From Candidatus Omnitrophota bacterium (lineage in GTDB: Bacteria; Ratteibacteria; UBA8468; B48-G9; DTJG01), in assembly GCA_023819255.1 (NCBI GenBank), contig JAMWBU010000005.1:1657-65656 (forward strand): a stretch of DNA of 64,000 nt. Reading direction: 5' to 3'. Every line of letters begins with the position of its first letter. Position 1 is the first letter of the stretch. This document shows positions 38,466-47,644 of the stretch, one piece after another. The notes under the pieces were generated by a model that ran no database searches, was not told the DNA's origin, and saw only the letters and a list, made by a program, of their open reading frames with translations. A program made the position numbers and the translations under genes.

Positions 38466-39302
38466 TCACTGCATATATATCCCGAACATAAACCTGCCTG
38501 TGTTTTTTTCGACCCTGTGTGAATAAAAAATATGGGTGTTTTCAGCCGTACACATGTCAGGAGAAAAAATTCTATTTCTGTTGATACCTTTTTCAGTTAA
38601 CTGAGAAACAACTATTCCCTTAAGGTCAAGGTGGTAACTCTTGTTGTTTTCTATAACAAAATCCCTGTAAACGTCACCAAATTTTTCAGCAAGCTGCGCG
38701 GATACTGTATAGCATCTGTAACATATTGATGGACTTATACATGCGATAAGATTGTCTGGCTTGCATCCACAATTTTCAACCATCTTATCCACAAGTTTTC
38801 CACAGATATTCATAAGACATCCCTTCCATCCGCTATGACATATCCCTGAAACATATTTTTCAGGGTCAAAAATAATGACACCTACACAATCAGCAAGGCT
38901 TATAGCAAGGCATACACCCATCTGGTCAGTAAACATCGCATCCCCTTCTAAAACAGGAACTTGAAATGCTTTTCCGCAATCAGAAGCCCCCACATAATGG
39001 ACACTATCCCCGTGTACCTGATTCAAAAATACAAATCTTTCTACTGGAATTTTCATTCTGGCTGCCGTAATAATCCTGTTTTCTATTATTATTTCTGGGC
39101 TGTCTTGTGTATTAAAGGATATGTTGCATGTTTCAAAGGGCCAGAGTGAAAAACCGCCATGTCTTGTCGTGCAGAAAATAGAAACAGGAACCTCATCAAA
39201 AGAAATATAAAAAGGATAATGGCTATAGTCCATTTTTTTGAAGTTTTTTTTCGAGAGATTTTTGCTGAAGAATAAGGGTGACATCCGCTCTTGTTTTTTC
39301 AA
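38466..39302 (-). CDS. pgeF: Peptidoglycan editing factor PgeF (YfiH/DUF152, purine nucleoside phosphorylase/laccase-like)
   Basis: 278 aa. QVHGDSV and GICHSGWKG motifs of the YfiH family. Confidence 0.75.
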   Translation of the reverse strand: MKKQERMSPLFFSKNLSKKNFKKMDYSHYPFYISFDEVPVSIFCTTRHGGFSLWPFETCNISFNTQDSPEIIIENRIITAARMKIPVERFVFLNQVHGDSVHYVGASDCGKAFQVPVLEGDAMFTDQMGVCLAISLADCVGVIIFDPEKYVSGICHSGWKGCLMNICGKLVDKMVENCGCKPDNLIACISPSICYRCYTVSAQLAEKFGDVYRDFVIENNKSYHLDLKGIVVSQLTEKGINRNRIFSPDMCTAENTHIFYSHRVEKNTGRFMFGIYMQ

Positions 39303-39861
39303 CTACTGACCTGAAAACATCCACAGATCTTCTCAATCCCCTTGTTAGAACATCAGGGTAGTCAAATGAATTCAAAAAATAATAGATATCATCCATCAGG
39401 CTCAGCATATCTTCAAGTTCGCCTGTTTCATTTTTTCTCATTCTATCAAGAATGTTTCTCCTTAGTTCTCCCATTGCCTCTGAAAGCCCGTGAAGAAAAC
39501 TTATTCTGTCAAATGCTTTAAAATCAGGAATAAAAATCGTTTTTTCTTTTAAAATCCTGTAAAGCACAAGGGCCTCTATGAGTTCTTTTTCAGCATTGTG
39601 AAGAAACCCTGCATACTGGATTTCAGGGAATTTAATGACTGATTGTCGCGCAGAAATAAGAAGTGATGTCGCCTGTTCAAGAAGTTTTCTTGAATCCTCA
39701 AAATCTCCCTGATGCATTTTTTTTATTGCTCTTGACGAAAGTCTTATAACTTCCCGCGCAAGCCTGAGCGACTGTTCACGCGAGTGATCCTGGTTTTCAA
39801 AATAATCTCTGAATTCTTTTTCTAATTTTTCTAATTCTGTCTGATGGCGGGTTTTTTTCAT
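39223..39861 (-). CDS. Hypothetical alpha-helical protein (possibly translin/HEPN-like)
   Basis: 212 aa, predicted all-helical, no confident family. Overlaps the upstream NYN gene by 65 nt and the downstream pgeF by about 80 nt. Confidence 0.3.
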   Translation of the reverse strand: MKKTRHQTELEKLEKEFRDYFENQDHSREQSLRLAREVIRLSSRAIKKMHQGDFEDSRKLLEQATSLLISARQSVIKFPEIQYAGFLHNAEKELIEALVLYRILKEKTIFIPDFKAFDRISFLHGLSEAMGELRRNILDRMRKNETGELEDMLSLMDDIYYFLNSFDYPDVLTRGLRRSVDVFRSVVEKTRADVTLILQQKSLEKKLQKNGL

Positions 39862-40306
39862 AGTATTTTTCCAGTTCGTTTCTTATTTCTGGCACACGAT
39901 TGTACGGGATTGCTTTATCTTCAATATCTTTTTTTTTATTTGCCTTTTTTTGTTCCAGAATATCAATAAATTGTTCAACTTTCAAGGTTCGCAATCCGGC
40001 AAGTTTTGCCTTTTTCCTTATCTCGTTGTCATTGGATACTATCGTTGTATCCCTGCCAGAAGAAGGAATTTTTTTAATAATAACGCTGTCTGCCGTGTCA
40101 TCGTATGACCAGACAACTTTAATATTCTGCGATGAAAGGGATGTATCAGACCATCCATCAAAAACAACCGTGAATTTTACAGAAGGGTGATGTCTGAGAT
40201 ATGCTTTCAAAAATATAATCAATACATGCCTGTCATCAAGCGTTTTTTTGCCTGACTGCCAGAGTTTATGCTTTATTATGTTGTTACCATCAATAACATA
40301 GTGCAT
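39797..40306 (-). CDS. NYN-domain (YacP/Rae1-like) putative ribonuclease
   Basis: 169 aa. N-terminal YVIDGNNII and acidic residues spaced as in YacP-like NYN/PIN nucleases. Confidence 0.5.
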   Translation of the reverse strand: MHYVIDGNNIIKHKLWQSGKKTLDDRHVLIIFLKAYLRHHPSVKFTVVFDGWSDTSLSSQNIKVVWSYDDTADSVIIKKIPSSGRDTTIVSNDNEIRKKAKLAGLRTLKVEQFIDILEQKKANKKKDIEDKAIPYNRVPEIRNELEKYYEKNPPSDRIRKIRKRIQRLF

Positions 40307-40310
40307 TTAC

Positions 40311-41630
40311 TTAAAGAACAGGGAAATAATTTTCAACCTCATACCGGCTGACACAAACCCTGTATTTATCCCATTCAATCTTTTTGTTCTCGATGAATTT
40401 TTCAAAAATATGCGTTCCAAGCGCTTCCTTTACAAGAGCGCTCTTTTCTGTCTCATGAATTGCTTCGATCAAACTTCCGGGCAGTGTTTCAATACTGTTT
40501 TTCTTTTTCTCTTCAATGCTCATCTCATAAATGTCAGTTTCAATGGCATCAGGCAGTTTTAATTTTTCTTCTATCCCGGCAAATCCTGCTGCAAGAATAA
40601 CGGTAAAAGCAAGGTACATATTACAGGCTGGATCAGGACTTCTCAATTCTACACGGCTTGCGCTTTCTTTTCCCGGCTTATAAATTGGCACACGAACAAG
40701 CGCAGAACGATTTTTCCTACCCCATGAGATATAGACAGGCGCCTCAAAACCCGGAACAAGCCTCTTATATGAATTAACCCATTGATTGCACACAGATGTT
40801 ATCTCCTTTATGTATTTCAAAAGTCCGGCCGTGTAGGATTTTGCGACAGAGGAAAGATAATTTGAATCTTTTCCATCGTAAAAGGCATTTTTCCCATCCT
40901 TAAATAGCGACTGGTGTATATGAAGGCCGCTTCCATTCTGTCCAAAAAGGGGCTTTGGCATAAATGTGGCGTAGATTCCATTTGAAGCAGCCACCTGCTT
41001 GATTAAAATTTTAAGAGTCACCATCATATCAGCCATCACTAGTGCGTCAGCATACCTTATGTCAATCTCGTGCTGGCTTGGCGCAACTTCATGGTGCGCA
41101 GCTTCAACTTTTATTCCCATTTTTGCGCACATCGAAACTGTTTCATTTCTCACCTGAGAGCCGATATCTGCGGGAATAAAGTCAAAGTATGTTGCCTGGT
41201 CAAGAAGATCCGGATTTCCGGGCGCTTTGAAATAAAAAAACTCAAGTTCAGGACCAACATTAAAAACATAACCATGATTTTTTATTTTTTTCAGGTACCT
41301 TTTCAACACATAACGCGAATCGCCATCATAAAACTTACCTTCTGGCGTAAAAATTGAGCAGAAAAACCTTGCTGTTGGAAATTTTGCCCATGGTAGAACA
41401 AGGTATGTCTCTGGCTCTGGCTTAAGAATCAGATCGCTTTCAAAAATTCTTGCGAATCCTTCAATGGATGAACCATCAAATCCAATGCCCTCATCAAGGG
41501 CTTTTTCAAGCTCATCGGGAGTTATTGTAACTGTCTTCAACTGTCCAAGTATATCTACAAACCAGAGTTCCACAAACTGAATCCTGTCTGCCTTAATTTG
41601 TTTCAATACAGTATCCTTATCCATTTTCAA
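40311..41630 (-). CDS. glnA: Glutamine synthetase type I
   Basis: 439 aa. N-terminal beta-grasp (IQFVELWFVDILGQLK) and catalytic-domain motifs (GSGLHIHQS, NPYL-like, adenylylation-region absent or present unclear). Confidence 0.85.
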   Translation of the reverse strand: MKMDKDTVLKQIKADRIQFVELWFVDILGQLKTVTITPDELEKALDEGIGFDGSSIEGFARIFESDLILKPEPETYLVLPWAKFPTARFFCSIFTPEGKFYDGDSRYVLKRYLKKIKNHGYVFNVGPELEFFYFKAPGNPDLLDQATYFDFIPADIGSQVRNETVSMCAKMGIKVEAAHHEVAPSQHEIDIRYADALVMADMMVTLKILIKQVAASNGIYATFMPKPLFGQNGSGLHIHQSLFKDGKNAFYDGKDSNYLSSVAKSYTAGLLKYIKEITSVCNQWVNSYKRLVPGFEAPVYISWGRKNRSALVRVPIYKPGKESASRVELRSPDPACNMYLAFTVILAAGFAGIEEKLKLPDAIETDIYEMSIEEKKKNSIETLPGSLIEAIHETEKSALVKEALGTHIFEKFIENKKIEWDKYRVCVSRYEVENYFPVL

Positions 41631-41895
41631 CTCCTTTCTTTAAAATCCGCCATTATATTTGCATATAATAGCATAATTCCAAACCGATTACTAATATCGA
41701 CCATTCCTGCACAATCAATCAACCGATCCGGCTTTATCTTATAACATATCAGCTTGCGCATATAAATATTGGAACAAAATTGGCTTTTTGGAATTTCTTC
41801 TTTGTTTGGAGTATTTACGCAGAAAGGAAAAAGTGATATTATTAAAACAAACTCCGGCCATTTAAACATAATTTACAGCCGCAAGATCAAAGACC

Positions 41896-43305
41896 ATGGA
41901 AATTATCAAAGAAAACTGTGGACTGGCAGGTATTTTCAGACATGCGCAGGCAACAGAAATACTTTATCTCTCATTATTTTCCCTCCAGCACAGAGGCCAG
42001 GAAGCAGCTGGCATCTTGCTTGGCGGTGAAAATTCTACCTGCTTTCATGGAGGTAGCGGGCTTGTTTCTGATGTTTTCAGTTCAAGCATAATCAAATCAT
42101 TGAAAGGAAACTATGGCATAGGCCATGTGAGATACTCAACAACAGGAACCAGCAACCCCAGAAATATCCAGCCATTTTCCATTGAATACAAAGGAAAAAC
42201 GCTGGCTGTTGCGCACAATGGAAACCTTACAAACAGCCGCATTTTGAGAAAAAAACTCGAAAGGCATGGTTCAATCTTCCAGACAACCATGGACAGCGAA
42301 ATCATACTTCATCTTTTTGTAAGAAGCAATGGAACAGATATTAAGGAAAAAATGACAAAGACGCTCAATCAATTAAAAGGCGCTTTTTCTCTTTTAATAT
42401 TTACTGAAAACAGCATTATTGCAGCAAGAGACCCTAATGGATTCAGGCCACTGTGCATCGGTACCCTTAACAAGAAAAGTTATGTGGTCGCTTCTGAAAC
42501 ATGCGCTTTTGATCTCATTGGAGCAGAATATTTGCGAGATGTGGAACCTGGAGAAATGATAATTTTTTCAGACAGGGGAATGGACTGTTATAAATGGGCA
42601 GAAGGACAAAAAAAATCACATTGCATCTTTGAATTCATTTATTTCGCAAGACCGGACAGCTATATTTTTACTAAGAGCGTCTATCTTGTTAGAAAATCTC
42701 TTGGTTACAACCTTGCGAAAGAATGCGATTTTACCGGAGACATAGTGATGCCTGTGCCTGATTCTGGCTCGATCGCGGCTTTAGGATTTTCACAGAAAAA
42801 AAAGATTCCATTTGAATTCGGCGTAATAAGAAATCATTATATCGGAAGAACTTTCATTCAGCCGGTTCAACAGATGCGGGATTCAGGAGTAAGGATAAAG
42901 CTGAATCCCGTAAAATCTGTTGTTCAGGGTAAAAGCCTCATATTGATTGAGGATTCAATCGTCAGGGGAACCACCTGCAGAAATAGAATCAGGTCATTGA
43001 GAGCTGCTGGCGCAAGAAGAGTAATGCTGGGAATTTCATGCCCGCCAATTGTGGCTCCATGCTATTTCGGAATTGACTTTCCTTCAAAGGAAGAACTGAT
43101 AGCGAACAAAAAAAAAGTGGAAGAAATAAAGCAATTTCTTGGCCTTGATGCGCTGCATTACCTCAGTTTACATGGATTGCTTGATGCGATGCCGCTTCCA
43201 CCTGATGAGTTCTGTACAGCATGTTTTACCGGCAAGTATCCTGTGAAACCCGATTACGCTTTTAACAAATATCAGTGGGAGAAAAAAAACTGTTGTGATT
43301 TCTGA
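41896..43305 (+). CDS. purF: Amidophosphoribosyltransferase PurF
   Basis: 469 aa. N-terminal nucleophile Cys in CGLAGIF, PRTase motif (VMPVPDSG), C-terminal Cys cluster for [4Fe-4S] (CYFGIDFP...CTAC). Confidence 0.85.
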   Translation: MEIIKENCGLAGIFRHAQATEILYLSLFSLQHRGQEAAGILLGGENSTCFHGGSGLVSDVFSSSIIKSLKGNYGIGHVRYSTTGTSNPRNIQPFSIEYKGKTLAVAHNGNLTNSRILRKKLERHGSIFQTTMDSEIILHLFVRSNGTDIKEKMTKTLNQLKGAFSLLIFTENSIIAARDPNGFRPLCIGTLNKKSYVVASETCAFDLIGAEYLRDVEPGEMIIFSDRGMDCYKWAEGQKKSHCIFEFIYFARPDSYIFTKSVYLVRKSLGYNLAKECDFTGDIVMPVPDSGSIAALGFSQKKKIPFEFGVIRNHYIGRTFIQPVQQMRDSGVRIKLNPVKSVVQGKSLILIEDSIVRGTTCRNRIRSLRAAGARRVMLGISCPPIVAPCYFGIDFPSKEELIANKKKVEEIKQFLGLDALHYLSLHGLLDAMPLPPDEFCTACFTGKYPVKPDYAFNKYQWEKKNCCDF

Positions 43306-43330
43306 TACCGACTTATCACACTATCGCTAT

Positions 43331-44893
43331 CTATGATTGTTTCATACTGTAATATTCTTTTATGTCCCTGATTTCTATTTTTCCTTCTTTCAATTTTTTT
43401 ATCGCAAGCACTGTGGCATACGCGGCCCTTATGGTCGTAATCAAGGGAATATTTCTATGAACAGCAATCGTCCTTATGGAAATAATGTCTTTTTTCGGCT
43501 TTTTTCCTGATGGTGTGTTAATAATTAGCTGAATCTGATTATTCTTGATGAAATCTATGATATTGGGCCTTTCAGACTCATAGAGTTTACCTGCAATTTT
43601 AACATCAAGACCCATTTCAGAAAGAAATCTTCCTGTGCCCCTGGTGGCAATAATTTTAAAACCCAGATTCTGAAATTCTTTAGCCACTGGATGTATTAAA
43701 CCTTTGTGTTTGTCCTGAACACTTATAAAAACATTTCCCCCCAAAGGAAGTTTCTGGCCGGCAGCCAGCTGGCTTTTTGCGTAAGCCATTTCAAATGTCT
43801 TATCAATGCCTATCACCTCTCCGGTCGATTTCATTTCAGGTCCTAAAATTGCGTCCACATTTGAAAATCTGTTGAAAGGAAAAACAGACTCTTTCACCGC
43901 GAAATAATTTAATTTCACTTCTTTTTCAAATTGAAGTTCAGACAAACTTTTTCCCAGCATTATTTTTGTAGCAAGTTTAGCAAGTGGCACGCCGATTGTC
44001 TTGCTCACAAACGGCACTGTTCTTGAAGCTCGAGGATTAACTTCAAGGATATAAATCTCATCATCTTTTACCGCAAATTGTATATTTAGAAGTCCCACGA
44101 TATTCAATGAAAGCGCAAGTTTTTTTGTGGCTATTATTATCTCATCTACAACGGATTCTTTCAGGCTGAAAGGTGGAATCACTGTTGCGCTGTCTCCTGA
44201 GTGTATACCTGCTTCTTCTATGTGTTCCATAATTCCGCCGATTACGCATTTTTCGCCATCGCATATCGCATCCACGTCCACCTCAGCCGCATCATCAAGA
44301 AATTTGTCAATCAAAACAGGGTGATAAGGCGATGCCTCTATTGCTTTTCCAACAAATTCTTCGAGAGATTCCCTGTCATAAACAATCTGCATAGCCCTGC
44401 CGCCAAGAACATAAGAAGGCCTGACAAGAACTGGAAAACTTAATTTTTCTGCTATCTGCAGGGCTTCATAAAAACCTGTCGCTGTTGCGCTTTCTGGTTG
44501 TTTCAATCCAAGGTTATCAAGAAGCATTTTAAACTTCTTTCTATCTTCTGCGATATCTATTGCCTGCGGGCTTGTACCAAGTATTCTCACGCCTGCATTC
44601 ATCAAAGGTATGGCAAGTTTCAAAGGCGTCTGCCCACCAAATTGAAGTATCACACCTTCCGGATTTTCCTTTTCAAGAATATTCAGCACATCTTCAAATG
44701 TCAGTGGTTCAAAATATAACCTGTCAGAAGTATCATAGTCAGTCGAAACAGTCTCAGGGTTGCAGTTAATCATAATACTTTCATAGCCATGCTCTCTCAA
44801 TGCGAACGAGGCGTGAACACAGCAATAATCAAACTCTATGCCCTGGCCTATTCTGTTTGGACCTCCTCCGAGTATAGCAACTTTTTTCTTCAT
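43331..44893 (-). CDS. carB: Carbamoyl-phosphate synthase large subunit, C-terminal half (split CarB)
   Basis: 520 aa. Second ATP-grasp repeat (VAILGGGPNRIGQGIEFDYCCVHA) plus MGS-like allosteric domain. Separate ORF from the N-half with an 11-nt gap. Confidence 0.8.
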   Translation of the reverse strand: MKKKVAILGGGPNRIGQGIEFDYCCVHASFALREHGYESIMINCNPETVSTDYDTSDRLYFEPLTFEDVLNILEKENPEGVILQFGGQTPLKLAIPLMNAGVRILGTSPQAIDIAEDRKKFKMLLDNLGLKQPESATATGFYEALQIAEKLSFPVLVRPSYVLGGRAMQIVYDRESLEEFVGKAIEASPYHPVLIDKFLDDAAEVDVDAICDGEKCVIGGIMEHIEEAGIHSGDSATVIPPFSLKESVVDEIIIATKKLALSLNIVGLLNIQFAVKDDEIYILEVNPRASRTVPFVSKTIGVPLAKLATKIMLGKSLSELQFEKEVKLNYFAVKESVFPFNRFSNVDAILGPEMKSTGEVIGIDKTFEMAYAKSQLAAGQKLPLGGNVFISVQDKHKGLIHPVAKEFQNLGFKIIATRGTGRFLSEMGLDVKIAGKLYESERPNIIDFIKNNQIQLIINTPSGKKPKKDIISIRTIAVHRNIPLITTIRAAYATVLAIKKLKEGKIEIRDIKEYYSMKQS

Positions 44894-44904
44894 ATTTTCA
44901 GCAT

Positions 44905-46542
44905 CTAATCCTGTTCATAGGTAGAATAGTAATAGGGCGTATAGGCGACAAATTCTCCGGCGCATGTGTCCACGCATTTATATTCAGATTCAATTCCATA
45001 TGCTTTTCTCAGTTTCCTCACACTTTGTTCTGTATTACCTGTTAGTTTACCTATATGAGAATCAGAAAAACCAAATTCTTTTGCCTTTTTCATTGTTTCG
45101 CAATCAATCGCCCTGCCATTAAATTTCTCAATCTCTTTTTCAAATTCAACGATTTCTTGTATATTTGAAAGAAACCATCTATCTATTTTGCACAGTTGAT
45201 AAACCTCTTCAACGCTTTTTCCTTCTTTAAAAGCTTTTTTTATCAAGAAAACCCTTTTGGGATTTGGCGTTTTCAATCCTTCCTCAACCTGTAAGTCAGT
45301 TTTTATATCTTCCAGACCAAGGTATCCCTCCTCCATGCTTCTGAGGGCTTTCTGGAATGCTTCTTTGAATGTCCTTCCTATCGCCATAACTTCTCCGACT
45401 GATTTCATCGCTGTACCAACAATAGCGGGTGTCTCCTGAAATTTTTCAAAATTGAATTTTGGAATTTTTACAACACAGTAGTCAATCGCTGGTTCAAAAC
45501 AGGCAGGGGTCTTTTTTGTAATATCGTTTGGAATTTCGTCAAGGGTGTATCCTATCGCAAGCTTTGTGGCAATTTTTGCGATTGGGAAACCAGTTGCTTT
45601 TGAGGCAAGGGCGGAACTTCTCGAAACACGCGGATTCATTTCAATAACAACCATTTCTCCGTTTTCAGGATTTATCGCAAACTGAATATTTGAACCTCCT
45701 GTTTCCACTCCTATCTCCCTTATAATCTTTATCGCGGCGTCCCTCATATCCTGATATTCTCTATCAGTGAGCGTCTGAACAGGAGCCACTGTGATACTAT
45801 CTCCTGTGTGAATTCCCATAGGATCAAAGTTTTCAATGGAACATATAACCACAACATTATCCTTAATATCTCTCATCAGTTCAAGTTCAAACTCTTTCCA
45901 ACCATAAACTGATTGTTCGATAAGTATCTCTCCTATGAAACTTGTCTTAAGTCCATTTTCAGAAAGTTCCTCAAATTCTTCTAAATTGTAAGCAATTGAG
46001 CTGCCTGTCCCGCCAAGAGTGTAAGCAGGTCTTATTATCACTGGAAACCCAATCATCTTTGCTATTTCCAGCGCTTCAACGGGATTTCGAGCAACGCCGC
46101 TTTGGGGAACTTTCAGCCCAATTTTTTGCACGGACTCTTTGAACAATTGTCTGTCTTCTGCTTTTTTTATTGCCTCGTAATTTGCGCCTATGAGTTTCAC
46201 ACCAAATTTTTCAATTACACCATTTTCGCACAGTTTTGTAGCGAGATTCAGCGCGGTCTGACCGCCAAGGGTCGGAAGAAGCGCGTCAGGTCTCTCTTTT
46301 TCAATAATCTTTGCTACTATTTCTGGTAAGAGAGGTTCAAGATAAACTCTATCAGCCATTTCAGGGTCTGTCATAATGGTCGCCGGATTGCTGTTTACAA
46401 GAACAACCTGATATCCCTCTTCCTTTAGTGCCTTACAAGCCTGGGAACCAGAATAATCAAACTCGCATGCTTGCCCTATCACAATGGGACCCGAGCCTAT
46501 CAACAGGATTTTTTTAATATCTGTTCTTTTTCCCATTTTCAA
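44905..46542 (-). CDS. carB: Carbamoyl-phosphate synthase large subunit, N-terminal half (split CarB)
   Basis: 545 aa. First ATP-grasp repeat ([24 protein letters not shown]) and oligomerisation domain. Ends with a stop 11 nt before the C-half start. Confidence 0.8.
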   Translation of the reverse strand: MKMGKRTDIKKILLIGSGPIVIGQACEFDYSGSQACKALKEEGYQVVLVNSNPATIMTDPEMADRVYLEPLLPEIVAKIIEKERPDALLPTLGGQTALNLATKLCENGVIEKFGVKLIGANYEAIKKAEDRQLFKESVQKIGLKVPQSGVARNPVEALEIAKMIGFPVIIRPAYTLGGTGSSIAYNLEEFEELSENGLKTSFIGEILIEQSVYGWKEFELELMRDIKDNVVVICSIENFDPMGIHTGDSITVAPVQTLTDREYQDMRDAAIKIIREIGVETGGSNIQFAINPENGEMVVIEMNPRVSRSSALASKATGFPIAKIATKLAIGYTLDEIPNDITKKTPACFEPAIDYCVVKIPKFNFEKFQETPAIVGTAMKSVGEVMAIGRTFKEAFQKALRSMEEGYLGLEDIKTDLQVEEGLKTPNPKRVFLIKKAFKEGKSVEEVYQLCKIDRWFLSNIQEIVEFEKEIEKFNGRAIDCETMKKAKEFGFSDSHIGKLTGNTEQSVRKLRKAYGIESEYKCVDTCAGEFVAYTPYYYSTYEQD

Positions 46543-47605
46543 TCATGGCAAAAAATTTTTCGAAAAGGTATCTTGCGTCCCTTGGTCCAGGAGCGTCCTC
46601 AGGATGGAACTGCACGCTGAAAACAGATAATTTTTTGTGCTCAAAACCTTCAAGCGTCTGATCATTTAGATTGATGTGAGTTACTTCAATATGAGGGTCT
46701 TTTATCGAGCTTGCGTCAACGCAAAAGCCGTGATTTTGCACTGTGATATAAATCTTTCCGCTTATCAGATCTTTAACTGGATGATTTGCTCCGTGATGGC
46801 CGAACTTCAGCTTGTATGTTTTTCCGCCAAAAACCTGGCCGAGTATCTGATGACCAAGACAGATACCAAAAACAGGAAATTTTTCAACCAGGTTAGAAAC
46901 TGTTTCTATCACATAGCGAAGCGGTTCAGGATCTCCGGGGCCATTCGAAATCAAAATTGCGTCCGGCTTTTCTTTTTCAATTTCCTGATAGGGCGCAGTG
47001 GCAGGATAAACAACAACTCTAATTCCTCTGACCGCGAGAAGTCTGAGTATGTTATATTTTACTCCGCAATCAATAACAACAACCTTGTATTTGCCATCAA
47101 CGTTCCAGACATATGGAGCGCTTTTCACAACATCTCTAACAAGATCTCTTCCAACAAGAGACGGGGAGTTTTTAACCTTTTCAAGCATCTCTTTTTTATC
47201 ACGCTCTCCATAAAATATTCCTGCTCTTTGAGCTCCCCTGTCTCTCAACAATTCAGTGACTTTCCTTGTATCCACACCTTCAATACCTGTGATATTGTTT
47301 TCTCTTAAAAGATCGTCAATAGATTTCTCGGCCCTCCAGTTTGAATAGGTTTTACTTTTTTCTTTCACAACAAAACCCGCAAGGTGAATTTTGTATGATT
47401 CAATGTCTGAACTGTTTATTCCATAATTGCCAATCAAAGGATATGTCATTGTTACAATCTGGCCTTTGTAGGAAGGATCATAAATAATTTCCTGATACCC
47501 TGTCATGCTGGTGTTGAAGATGAGTTCGCCAAAAGATTCGGTTTGAGCGCCAAAAACTTCTCCGGTATATATTGAACCATCCTCAACAACAAGATAGCCC
47601 TTCAT
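46514..47605 (-). CDS. carA: Carbamoyl-phosphate synthase small subunit (glutamine amidotransferase)
   Basis: 363 aa. N-terminal CarA domain ([16 protein letters not shown]) and class-I GATase catalytic triad region (GICLGHQ, HGANHP). Confidence 0.85.
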   Translation of the reverse strand: MKGYLVVEDGSIYTGEVFGAQTESFGELIFNTSMTGYQEIIYDPSYKGQIVTMTYPLIGNYGINSSDIESYKIHLAGFVVKEKSKTYSNWRAEKSIDDLLRENNITGIEGVDTRKVTELLRDRGAQRAGIFYGERDKKEMLEKVKNSPSLVGRDLVRDVVKSAPYVWNVDGKYKVVVIDCGVKYNILRLLAVRGIRVVVYPATAPYQEIEKEKPDAILISNGPGDPEPLRYVIETVSNLVEKFPVFGICLGHQILGQVFGGKTYKLKFGHHGANHPVKDLISGKIYITVQNHGFCVDASSIKDPHIEVTHINLNDQTLEGFEHKKLSVFSVQFHPEDAPGPRDARYLFEKFFAMIENGKKNRY

Positions 47606-47644
47606 TTTTTACAAATCTTTTTTGGCTGAGAAAATAAGCAGTAA

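Noticed and set aside
41631-41895. 265-bp glnA/purF divergent intergenic region examined for a riboswitch (glutamine or purine)
   Set aside because: No conserved riboswitch core (e.g. purine three-way junction motifs) recognisable by eye. Left unannotated.
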